64,000 nucleotides of DNA from Candidatus Kapaibacterium sp. (GTDB taxonomy: Bacteria; Bacteroidota; Ignavibacteria; Kapaibacteriales; UBA2268). A program made the position numbers and the translations under genes. Positions within the stretch are counted from its first letter, which is position 1, and every line of letters begins with the position of its first letter. The stretch lies in assembly GCA_963664875.1 (NCBI GenBank), contig OY761611.1:2816001-2880000 (forward strand), read 5' to 3'. The notes under the pieces are model-generated. The model made no database searches and had not been told where the DNA came from. It was given only the letters and a program-made list of their open reading frames with translations. Below, piece after piece: positions 9,723 through 18,521 of the stretch.

Positions 9723-11783
9723 ATGAAAAGGTCTATGCTTTTGATGCTCGCAATTCTATTGACTTGCGCTTTTGTTTTAACTTCTTGTGGAGACTCTGAT
9801 TCTACCGGTCCGGATAATCCGCCAGTTGTCAATCCTGTATCTGAAACAGTAAAACAGGAAATATCTAAGGATTTCGACGGAGCTGACCTTGAGTTTACTT
9901 TTGAAAATGGATTGACAGTCTTTGTTAACTCGGCAGACAATCCTTCTGTCAAGGGCAAGATAACTATTAGACTAATGGACGAAGAACAGTTTTTCAATGG
10001 CGATAATCTGTTTGTGCTCGATTTTGCTAAAACGGCAATCGATGTTAAATATAAGTATGAAATAACTGCACTGCCCAATTTAGTCAAAGAAGATATTTCG
10101 ATTATTTCTTATTCTCCTGATGAGTCGCTCCAAGAGTTGAAGGCAGGACTAATCAACTTTAACTATGATGCAGGCACCGGGCTAATAAACGGGGAGTACA
10201 ATTTTGCAGGGAAACCATCTTCAGGCAAAGGGGCTACTTTGCTGGCAGGAAAAGATTATTCCCGTATTGTTGTTTCTTATACCGATAGGATGAAAATGGC
10301 TGAGGGCGACGAAGAACTTGCATTACAAATGCCTTTTTATGAGCAACCCGGCTCTTCTTGCTGGGCTACTTGTGCAGAAATGATGAGCCATGCCTATGCT
10401 AATCCTAAAGATAATTACTATACAAATAAAATTACAGAGTTTGTGAAGTATATCGGGCATAATTCTCTAAATGAGGGTATTGGTCTTTGGGATTTTAAAA
10501 GAAATTTGACTAAAGCTATAAATCTTTATGGAAAAACAAACACAGAGGTATCTACATTTGTCTCTAAGTCTTCACTGCTTGAAGAAATAATTACAAAACT
10601 CAACGAGCAGAAACCAATGATTCTGAATCTGACTTATCCCAATGTCGGACGCCATGCTGTAATGGTCATTGGCTATAAAAAAGAGCAGATATCAGCTTCA
10701 AAACTTGCTGTGAAACTGCTTATCCATAATCCGCAAAATATGAGCGGTGAAGCTATGAATAAGTGGGTGGATTTTGATTGGCTAATGAAAGAGAAAGCGA
10801 TGACAGAGGCTTATCAAATCCTTTACTCTAACTCGGCAATGCCTACACGAACTCCGGTTACAGTCGGTATGCCAATTGAAAGAGAACTTGGAGACATGAA
10901 TTTTGTGGTAAGCTCTAAAGGTAAGAAATACACAATAGGAATGGTTTACGACAAAGCTCAAGAAGATGGTTACAGCTGGGCTTTTGCAAATGGAGATATA
11001 TGCAAAGTGTTGCCGGATACGAGTTCTGCTTTTGCTTTTAGCCTACCTGTTTATAATGCCGGAGCTGCGGATAAAGAACTTAATTATATTATCAAGATGA
11101 TTAACAACACCTCAGGAAAGACTGTTGCTGAAATCAAAGAAACACATACGGCAATAATGGGTAATTCAAAAATAGATGGAGAGTTGCCAATAAATATTTA
11201 TGGTGGCAGTGATGTGGTGAAAGGTGCTATCTCAGTAACTATCGAAGACAAAAGCACCGGTGCATTTTTGGATGGTTTTAGAATAGATTTTCAAATTGAC
11301 AGAAGAAACTTGATAATACTTCCATACTTTAGTCTTGATTATGTCAAGCTTGTTGATGATAATGGAGTAGAATACTATAATATGGATGTCGCCATTTCTG
11401 ATTTGCCGTTGAAGAGAAGCGGTAAAGCTTACTCAGGCAGTAGAACAAGAACATTTGTCAATTCGTGGGGTGATCAGGTATTAGCGGAAGAAAATCTGGA
11501 ATTTGCATTTGACAAAGAAGATAATCCGACTAATTTCAATTACATCAATGTGTTTATTACATACTCTCATGCAGTGACAGGCAAATTGGCTGAAAGCTAT
11601 AATATTAAGTTTGTGAATGTTCCTGCGAAGTTAGCCCGTCAGGACATCAAAGGTTGGTATTCTGTCAAAGGAGATGATGTATGTGGCAATATAGACTTCT
11701 TTGAAGTAATCGATTCCGGTGTATTTACGAATTATAAATGCTCAAGTACTTCCGGAATGTCTATCAATTTTGTCGGCTTTTGA
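9723..11783 (+). CDS. Large lipoprotein with papain-fold (C39-like) cysteine peptidase domain
   Basis: Lipobox LTSC; PFYEQPGSSCWATC, GRHAVMVIGY, IHNP; ATG 9723 likely (ORF track 9696). Confidence 0.7.
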   Translation: MKRSMLLMLAILLTCAFVLTSCGDSDSTGPDNPPVVNPVSETVKQEISKDFDGADLEFTFENGLTVFVNSADNPSVKGKITIRLMDEEQFFNGDNLFVLDFAKTAIDVKYKYEITALPNLVKEDISIISYSPDESLQELKAGLINFNYDAGTGLINGEYNFAGKPSSGKGATLLAGKDYSRIVVSYTDRMKMAEGDEELALQMPFYEQPGSSCWATCAEMMSHAYANPKDNYYTNKITEFVKYIGHNSLNEGIGLWDFKRNLTKAINLYGKTNTEVSTFVSKSSLLEEIITKLNEQKPMILNLTYPNVGRHAVMVIGYKKEQISASKLAVKLLIHNPQNMSGEAMNKWVDFDWLMKEKAMTEAYQILYSNSAMPTRTPVTVGMPIERELGDMNFVVSSKGKKYTIGMVYDKAQEDGYSWAFANGDICKVLPDTSSAFAFSLPVYNAGAADKELNYIIKMINNTSGKTVAEIKETHTAIMGNSKIDGELPINIYGGSDVVKGAISVTIEDKSTGAFLDGFRIDFQIDRRNLIILPYFSLDYVKLVDDNGVEYYNMDVAISDLPLKRSGKAYSGSRTRTFVNSWGDQVLAEENLEFAFDKEDNPTNFNYINVFITYSHAVTGKLAESYNIKFVNVPAKLARQDIKGWYSVKGDDVCGNIDFFEVIDSGVFTNYKCSSTSGMSINFVGF

Positions 11784-11981
11784 TATTGAATATCTGATTT
11801 ATAGCTGAAATATCATTTGAATCGGAATTTATTCGACATAAGTAACAGTGGGAATAAGATATAAGTAAATTCTCCTTTTGACTGAACAGGTTTATTCTGC
11901 CGTTGTCCCTACAATACTGACGGCAGCTGTGATATTGAAGGGCTACTTTAATATTCCGGTTGAATATGCAGAATGTTATAA

Positions 11982-12089
11982 GTTCTATACTTTTATGACC
12001 TGAGGACAGAATTGAGAGCCAATAGTAATGCTGCCAATTATTTTGGTAAAGAGCATGGAGTTCATTGGAATTTTAGAAAATAGCCTTTA
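11982..12089 (+). pseudogene. Relic C-terminus of a polymorphic (RHS-type) toxin
   Basis: Start-less fragment VLYFYDLRTELRANSNAANYFGKEHGVHWNFRK*PL, resembling from memory the E-x-x-A-N...YFG...W...YP end of Bacteroidetes RHS toxin tips; ends just before a lipoprotein gene. Confidence 0.45.
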
Positions 12090-12108
12090 TTATTGGAGGA
12101 ACAAATTG

Positions 12109-12531
12109 ATGTACAAATACTATATATATATAATTTTATCATTATTGTGTTCGTGTAAAGATATTTCAATGGAACCGACTGATTATACTTTATATTTCCA
12201 AAACAAAGGAAATCATAGTATTGTATTATTATTTGGAAATGGACAGTGCTCTACTGTATCTTATCCAGAATTGTTACCACAATCTGACCTTTGGAAAAAA
12301 TGTTCCAAAACCTTACTCAAAGAAACAAGTTTTGTTTATTCCATTGATAGACATTGGGATGAATATTTAGATACTTTCCCTAATGATACAATGGCAGTAT
12401 TTGTTTTTGATCCGGATACTCTAGAAGCGTATCCATGGGAAGTTATCCGAGACGAATATAAAGTTCTTAAGACACATTTTATTACAATAGATGATGTTTT
12501 GAAGTCAGATACGATTGTAATTTATCCTTGA
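12109..12531 (+). CDS. Hypothetical lipoprotein (candidate immunity protein)
   Basis: GGAGG then ATG 12109; lipobox LCSC; DTMAVFVFDPDTLEAYPWEVIRDEYKVLK...IYP. Confidence 0.75.
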   Translation: MYKYYIYIILSLLCSCKDISMEPTDYTLYFQNKGNHSIVLLFGNGQCSTVSYPELLPQSDLWKKCSKTLLKETSFVYSIDRHWDEYLDTFPNDTMAVFVFDPDTLEAYPWEVIRDEYKVLKTHFITIDDVLKSDTIVIYP

Positions 12532-12535
12532 TAAA

Positions 12536-12567
12536 GAGAAAACCAAATGAAAATTAAACACAAAAAA
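12536..12567 (+). repeat. Inter-gene repeat copy R1 (truncated)
   Basis: GAGAAAACCAAATGAAAATTAAACACAAAAAA; 29/32 identical to 13179-13210. Confidence 0.85.
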
Positions 12568-12637
12568 ATAACAAATAAGATAGGGTTGTTAGAACTAATT
12601 GTACAAGTCAATTTGTATTTCAATTATGAGATGTTTA

Positions 12638-13174
12638 ATGAAAGAATTTAATATAAATTTCTATCTACACTTCACAGTGTTTATGCTTTTATTGCAAGGT
12701 TGCGCGATTATGTGTGATTGTGATCAAGAACCAGCTCCCACATTAGAAGTAGTGGAAAATAATAGTGATATTTTGCGGCTTGATGGATATTATTTTGATA
12801 GTCCTGAAGATATTGATTATATAAGTTATTGTTTTGTACTATACAAAAATGGAATTGCTTTATATTCTTTTGGAGTAGATAGGGGTGATGCAATTTCTGG
12901 TAATATAGAATTCGACAATGCCCCAGAAGATAAACAAATATGGTATAGTTATTTTTTGACTGATGACGATATTCTGATACAGGGATGGGCACCTTCAATG
13001 AAATGCAATGGCACATTAATTACACATAAAGGGAAAGTCTTAAGTGATACTACATTTGAATTGACACATAGAGCATATGACACAGACGAATTTTATAAAT
13101 TAGACAAACCTATTCTTTATACTTTTGTCCCGTATGAAAATAAACCAGATAGTACTAATATCTTCATTCCATAA
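12638..13174 (+). CDS. Hypothetical lipoprotein (candidate immunity protein)
   Basis: Lipobox LQGC; LRLDGYY, FVLYKNG, GKVLSDTTF, KPDSTNIFIP; ATG 12638 likely. Confidence 0.75.
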   Translation: MKEFNINFYLHFTVFMLLLQGCAIMCDCDQEPAPTLEVVENNSDILRLDGYYFDSPEDIDYISYCFVLYKNGIALYSFGVDRGDAISGNIEFDNAPEDKQIWYSYFLTDDDILIQGWAPSMKCNGTLITHKGKVLSDTTFELTHRAYDTDEFYKLDKPILYTFVPYENKPDSTNIFIP

Positions 13175-13178
13175 TACC

Positions 13179-13263
13179 GAGAAAACAGAATGAAAAATAA
13201 ACACAAAAAACTAGTCATAATGCTACTATTAGCATTGCTGCAAACTTGAAGTTTGCTCGCACA
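13179..13263 (+). repeat. Inter-gene repeat copy R2 (signal-peptide relic with internal TGA)
   Basis: Encodes MKNKHKKLVIMLLLALLQT*SLLAQ from ATG 13190; 67/74 identical to 14104-14177. Confidence 0.9.
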
Positions 13264-13339
13264 GCACACGATAACTTTAGGATATGACACTTCAGATGCT
13301 CCATTCTTTTATAATGTTAATTTACCATTGAGAAAATAA

Positions 13340-14128
13340 ATGAAATATCTAATTTTATTTTTGTTTTGCTTTCTTAGTTTGAAGTCTAACGAAGTTGGTA
13401 TCAAAGGGTACAAAGAATTTTGGAATAACAATACACAAATAGAGGATTTTCCGTGTTTGTTCTTGATTTTAGAAGGTAATAATTATGAGGTAGGCCTAAA
13501 TACAGGCGAAGAATTTTATCACCATACGATTCTTGGAGGGCAATTTTCTATTAAAAATGACACGGTAAAATTTAAAGATTTATTTTATAATGTGGAGTTT
13601 ACAGGCACTATATCTGATAGTACTTTTGTGTTTCACAATACAAGAACATTTCTTGACAGCATGCAATTATCTCTATTTACTCAGGATACAGCCACTCAAT
13701 TCGTTCACACAGTTCTAGAAGATACTGTAAACGCAAAACATTATTTGGTTCAATGGTTAACAAATAGCAAGAAAGGTTTAGAAGAATTATCTGCCTTACA
13801 AAAGGAGACTAATCTCAAAGTACCAGGCAAATATGAAGTAATCATATATGGTGCAAAGAAATATAGATATGTGTTTGTCTTAAAAAACAATTCTACTTTT
13901 GAATATTATTTTAACAATAGAAAGATTGCTAAAGGAAAGTTTTACTGTAAGTCAGGTAGAATTTATTTTAAGTTTTTTGGAAAATATTTTGAGGGTATCA
14001 TCACTGGCAAGGACTCTTTTATCTACTGCCAATTACCTGGATTTCACAAAGATGGTTACAAATATTACCATTTTAATAAAGTAACACCTAAGGACACCAC
14101 AAAATGCAAAATAAACACAAAAAACTAG
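13340..14128 (+). CDS. Hypothetical exported protein with two similar beta-rich halves (candidate immunity protein)
   Basis: Signal-like MKYLILFLFCFLSL; GQFSIKNDTVKF versus GKFYCKSGRIYF; 3' end runs into repeat R3. Confidence 0.7.
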   Translation: MKYLILFLFCFLSLKSNEVGIKGYKEFWNNNTQIEDFPCLFLILEGNNYEVGLNTGEEFYHHTILGGQFSIKNDTVKFKDLFYNVEFTGTISDSTFVFHNTRTFLDSMQLSLFTQDTATQFVHTVLEDTVNAKHYLVQWLTNSKKGLEELSALQKETNLKVPGKYEVIIYGAKKYRYVFVLKNNSTFEYYFNNRKIAKGKFYCKSGRIYFKFFGKYFEGIITGKDSFIYCQLPGFHKDGYKYYHFNKVTPKDTTKCKINTKN

Positions 14129-14177
14129 TTATAATGTTACTATTGGCATTGTTGCAAACTTCGAGTTTGCTCGCACA
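14104..14177 (+). repeat. Inter-gene repeat copy R3 (signal-peptide relic)
   Basis: Start of mini-ORF 14104-14199, MQNKHKKLVIMLLLALLQTSSLLAQNTFHNG*. Confidence 0.9.
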
Positions 14178-14335
14178 AAATACCTTTCATAATGGTTGAG
14201 GCTTCCATAAACATATTGTATCATTTTATTGCACAAAAAGGTGGATTTTATTATCCTGTTGGTGTTGCCCCGGGGCAAATATCTGCAATAAAGACTTAAC
14301 AGTATTTTCTAAAGGCATTTTATATTGACACAGAA

Positions 14336-14372
14336 AAGCCCTTCAGCATTTACGATATGTGTTGAAGGGCTT
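14336..14372. terminator. Terminator between the array and cheV
   Basis: AAGCCCTTCAGCA...TGTTGAAGGGCTT inverted repeat between convergent units. Confidence 0.65.
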
Positions 14373-14414
14373 GTAGATTTATGTTTTAGGAGTAATACTC
14401 ACATAGAGTTTTGA

Positions 14415-15365
14415 CTAAACAGTCGCCATATTCCTTTCAATTAGAGTTCGGACTACATCTAATAATTCGCCAATCTGAGGTTTTGTCATTTGTGCATCTG
14501 CACCTACTGATTGACCTTTATGCAAAATATCATCTGAAACTATCGAAGAGAAAATTACAACCGGTAATTTCTTGAGTTTATCATCATTTTTAATGTGTTT
14601 TGTTAAAGTATATCCGTCCATACCCGGCATTTCAATATCAGTAATAACCACATTCACCAAATCGTCAAGGTTAGCACCATTTGCTACCGATTGGGAAATT
14701 TCACGCATTTTATTCCAAGCTGACTCTCCGTCTCTGAAAGATATAATTTCGAAGCCTGCTTTTTTTAGCCTTTCAGTTATCAATTTGCGGATAAGGGAAG
14801 AATCTTCAGCTGTTACGGCAATAGGTTTATGGTCAAAGAACTTTTCTTGATTAGAAGCGTCCATCGCACTTGCAGGATCAATGTCTGCCACAATTTTTTC
14901 GACGTCAAGCATCAAAATGTGTCTATCTTCAAAGTTGATTAGACCGACAACTGTGGATTTTTCGGGATTGAATTCTTCCATAGTGTCCGGCGACATAATT
15001 TGCTTCCACGATATTCTGTGTATTCGCTGCACATCTTCTACAATAAAGCCAACCTGCACTTTGTTAAATTCAGCAATTATCATTTTCTTTTTATCGAAGT
15101 CTTCTTCGATGCCATAAAGAAATTTTCCTAAATCTACAGCCGGAATTACATGACCTCTGAGGTTGAATACACCGCAGACCATATCCGGCAAGCTTGGCAT
15201 ATATGTCAAATCAGGCATCCTTATGATTTCTCTTACCTTAGCAACATTCACACCATAGGATTGCTTCTTAGGACGCCCGGCTCTATCATTGAAACCAATA
15301 ATAAACTCTACGATTTCTAATTCGTTAGTGCCTGACTCTAAAAGGATGTTGGTCTTTACACTCAT
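14415..15365 (-). CDS. cheV: Chemotaxis protein CheV (CheW plus receiver domain)
   Basis: ILLESGTNELEIVEF, YGVNVAKVREII, AEDS, ITDIEMPGMDGY; ATG 15365 after GGAG. Confidence 0.95.
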   Translation of the reverse strand: MSVKTNILLESGTNELEIVEFIIGFNDRAGRPKKQSYGVNVAKVREIIRMPDLTYMPSLPDMVCGVFNLRGHVIPAVDLGKFLYGIEEDFDKKKMIIAEFNKVQVGFIVEDVQRIHRISWKQIMSPDTMEEFNPEKSTVVGLINFEDRHILMLDVEKIVADIDPASAMDASNQEKFFDHKPIAVTAEDSSLIRKLITERLKKAGFEIISFRDGESAWNKMREISQSVANGANLDDLVNVVITDIEMPGMDGYTLTKHIKNDDKLKKLPVVIFSSIVSDDILHKGQSVGADAQMTKPQIGELLDVVRTLIERNMATV

Positions 15366-15826
15366 ATACAACTCCGGAATAAGCTTAAATATATAGTAAT
15401 ATACGATAAATCTGTTTATAAATTATAAAGAATATCCACTTTATTTTGCAGGCTCTCTTGCTTAGGTATATCTATGTGTATTTAGTACTTTAAAAATTGA
15501 GTGAAGAGACGGCTCCAAAATATAATTTGCACAGTTTGAAAACAATCTGCATCGTCTAAATTTGTCTTTGCCATAAGCCATGCACATATTCTCACAAAAT
15601 CTAATATACATTAAGAAAAAGTAGGTAATTTGCGGAATTGTGTTTAGCAGAAAATAGAAAGAACATACCTGCTAAACTGCTATGTATCTTTAAAATTGAG
15701 TATGCCTGTTAATAACAAAAACAAGAAAATTACGTAAACAAACTTTGGGTTTCATCACTCATTTTATTTTAAACCACCAGAGTTATGATTGGGTCTAAGA
15801 GAAAATCACTATTCATCGGAGAAAGA

Positions 15827-18280
15827 ATGTACAAACACATTAGCATTATAATGATGCTTTTACTGGTCTATTCCGCTTCTGCTCAGCAGGGAAGAGGAAG
15901 GAATCTTGAGGATTTTAAAATTGGTACTATACAGGGCAAAGTTATAGCTGCTGACACAAAAAAAGCTCTACCTTATGCAAATATCTTTATAAAAAGCGTA
16001 AAAGACGATAAAACCGTTACCGGTGCTATCGGCAAGCAGGATGGTAGCTTTCTGATAGAAAAAGTACCGGTTGGTAAATACTATGCGGAAGTAAAATTTA
16101 TAGGCTACGAAAAGAAAGTTATTAAAGATATAACAATATCGCCCAAAAGCAACTTTAGAGATTTTGGTGTGATTTCACTCGAGCAGGCTGTTACTCGCAC
16201 GGGGACTGCGGTGGTTACTGCTGAAAGAGAAAGAGTGGAATTCAAAATTGATAAAAAAGTAGTAAATATATCTACGGATATTGCTTCTCAGGGCAAAACA
16301 GCTGCGGAAGCTCTTGAAAATGTTCCTTCTATAAATGTAGATGTTGAAGGTAATGTGAGCCTCAGAGGTAGCTCAAATTTTACTGTGTTTATAGATGGCA
16401 GACCGAGCGTACTCGATGGCAATGAACTGTTGCAACAGCTCCCTGCTTCTGCAATAGAGAATATTGAGATAATTACCAACCCATCTGCCAAATATGATCC
16501 GGATGGTATGGCGGGCATTATCAATGTTATCACAAAAAAAGATATGCTCAACGGGCTAAGCGGTTTGCTTAATATGTCTGTGGGCACAAAAGACAAATAC
16601 AGCTCTGATCTTACATTGTCTTACAGAACTTCTGACCTCGAATTTTTCGGAGGGTTCGACTGGAATGACAATACTTCTGACGGTAAAGGAGAAATGCGTC
16701 AGGAGACATATTATGCAGATAGTACCGTATTTAGAAGCAATGATGGTAGCAGACTCTTTGCAAGGAATGGTCTAAACGGAAAATTTGGTATCGGATTGAA
16801 CGTTACAGATGCCACAAATATCAAATTAGAAGGTAATGTCGGCAATCGTGGTTTCAACAGAAATGCCTATACAGAAGCAAATCAGTACTCTGACGTTAGA
16901 GATGTGATAGATTATTACGTAAATGATAATAAAGCGAATCGTGATAGAGACTACTATAGCACTTCACTTGACTTCCTGCACCAGTTTGATAAAGGTGGAC
17001 ATCAACTAACCGGTATGGTTTATTTCTCTTCTCGAGAAGCAAACGGAACTGATTTTCAAAGTAAATATATCACTGACAACTTATTTGATAATAAAGTGAT
17101 AGACTATGAGAATAAATCAGTAGAAGACGAGACCGATAAAGACTACCGTTTCAAATTGGATTATTCCCTACCAATTTCTGAAACTGACAAATTTGAAGCC
17201 GGCTGGCAAAGTACAATTGAGGAAGAAAAAGAAAATTTTGTTTTTTACAATTTGCTTGATGGCATTTGGCAGGTAGATGACAAATATACCAATATGATGG
17301 ATTTCAAACTCAATATACAAGCTATGTATGCAACTTACAGCGGGGCTTTTGACCAATTTGGCTATCAGCTTGGGCTAAGAGGCGAATATACTAATAGAAC
17401 TATTGACGTGCAGTTAGCCAATCGCGAATATAAAATAGATAGATTCGACATATTTCCAACTTTACATCTTTCTCAAAAAGTCGGCAAAAAAGACCAGATT
17501 CAAGCAAGTTACAGCCGAAGAATAAACAGACCGAGCGGCAGAGATTTGGATCCATTCCCTTCGTTTATCAATGATTATAATATTCGAATCGGTAATCCGG
17601 AATTGGAACCTGAATATGTTAACTCTATGGAGCTTGGCTACCAGAAAATGTTTGAAGGCGGTATGGTGTCATTAGAATCATTTTATAGGTTGTCAGAAAA
17701 TCTAATCACTCGAACAATCAATACAAAAGATGATGAGCCGGGTATTTTTTATCATACAGTATCTAACTTAGATAAATCGCACACTGCAGGCTTAGAATTG
17801 ATGGCAAATTATGCTTTTACAACTTGGTTCAACTTTAACATAACAGGCTCATATTTCTATTACAAATTAGATGGCAAACTCCAAGATGATGATGCAGTAA
17901 ATAAAAGCACTAACAGCTGGAATTTGAGAGCAATGGGCAATTTTATTCTTGGAGCTGACACAAGGCTGCAATTCAATTCGTTCTACAACGGACCTTCTGT
18001 TTCTGCTCAGGGCGATGTAGAAGGTTTCTTTGATATGTCTGCTTCACTTAGACAAGATTTCATGGACAAAAAGCTATCACTTGCATTAAATGCAAGAAGC
18101 ATCATCGGAAAGATGAAACATGAATTCACTACAAATGGTGCAAATTATTATACTTACAATATGTTCGAAAGAGAAGCACCCGTTATTTCTTTATCTTTGA
18201 CATATAGATTCAATAACTTCAAACAAGAAAAGAAAAACGACAGAGATGGCGGCGGCGATGGAATGGACATGGGATTCTAA
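15827..18280 (+). CDS. TonB-dependent receptor with N-terminal CarboxypepD_reg-like domain
   Basis: LPYANI, LENVPSINVD, IENIEIITNPSAKYD, GNPELEPEY, SLTYRF; ATG 15827 after GGAGA. Confidence 0.92.
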   Translation: MYKHISIIMMLLLVYSASAQQGRGRNLEDFKIGTIQGKVIAADTKKALPYANIFIKSVKDDKTVTGAIGKQDGSFLIEKVPVGKYYAEVKFIGYEKKVIKDITISPKSNFRDFGVISLEQAVTRTGTAVVTAERERVEFKIDKKVVNISTDIASQGKTAAEALENVPSINVDVEGNVSLRGSSNFTVFIDGRPSVLDGNELLQQLPASAIENIEIITNPSAKYDPDGMAGIINVITKKDMLNGLSGLLNMSVGTKDKYSSDLTLSYRTSDLEFFGGFDWNDNTSDGKGEMRQETYYADSTVFRSNDGSRLFARNGLNGKFGIGLNVTDATNIKLEGNVGNRGFNRNAYTEANQYSDVRDVIDYYVNDNKANRDRDYYSTSLDFLHQFDKGGHQLTGMVYFSSREANGTDFQSKYITDNLFDNKVIDYENKSVEDETDKDYRFKLDYSLPISETDKFEAGWQSTIEEEKENFVFYNLLDGIWQVDDKYTNMMDFKLNIQAMYATYSGAFDQFGYQLGLRGEYTNRTIDVQLANREYKIDRFDIFPTLHLSQKVGKKDQIQASYSRRINRPSGRDLDPFPSFINDYNIRIGNPELEPEYVNSMELGYQKMFEGGMVSLESFYRLSENLITRTINTKDDEPGIFYHTVSNLDKSHTAGLELMANYAFTTWFNFNITGSYFYYKLDGKLQDDDAVNKSTNSWNLRAMGNFILGADTRLQFNSFYNGPSVSAQGDVEGFFDMSASLRQDFMDKKLSLALNARSIIGKMKHEFTTNGANYYTYNMFEREAPVISLSLTYRFNNFKQEKKNDRDGGGDGMDMGF

Positions 18281-18310
18281 ACTCTAAAATAGAATCGCAA
18301 TTATAAGATC

Positions 18311-18355
18311 AAAAAAAGCCCGAAATAATAAAAGTAATTATATTTCGGGCTTTTT
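18311..18355. terminator. Bidirectional terminator
   Basis: AAAAAAAGCCCGAAATA...TATTTCGGGCTTTTT between convergent genes. Confidence 0.75.
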
Positions 18356-18521
18356 CTTAAATAAGGTTATTACAAAGGATTTGTCTTTAGAAAACAATAT
18401 TGTCTCAGAGTCAATTTTCGTAAACAAACATGTCAAAAGCAAAGAAACAAAATGCTTAACAAACCGAAAAGCTAAGATTTTTATAGCAAGGAAGTTAAAT
18501 ATTAGAATAAACAAAATAGCA

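Noticed and set aside
12536-14177. Array repeats as integron attC sites or CRISPR repeats
   Set aside because: No consistent RYYYAAC...GTTRRRY ends, no integrase or cas gene, spacing is gene-sized, and synonymous-biased differences point to a coding origin.
15372-15826. Cobalamin riboswitch upstream of the TonB-dependent receptor
   Set aside because: No B12-box or GGGAA/GCCACTG core motifs are visible.
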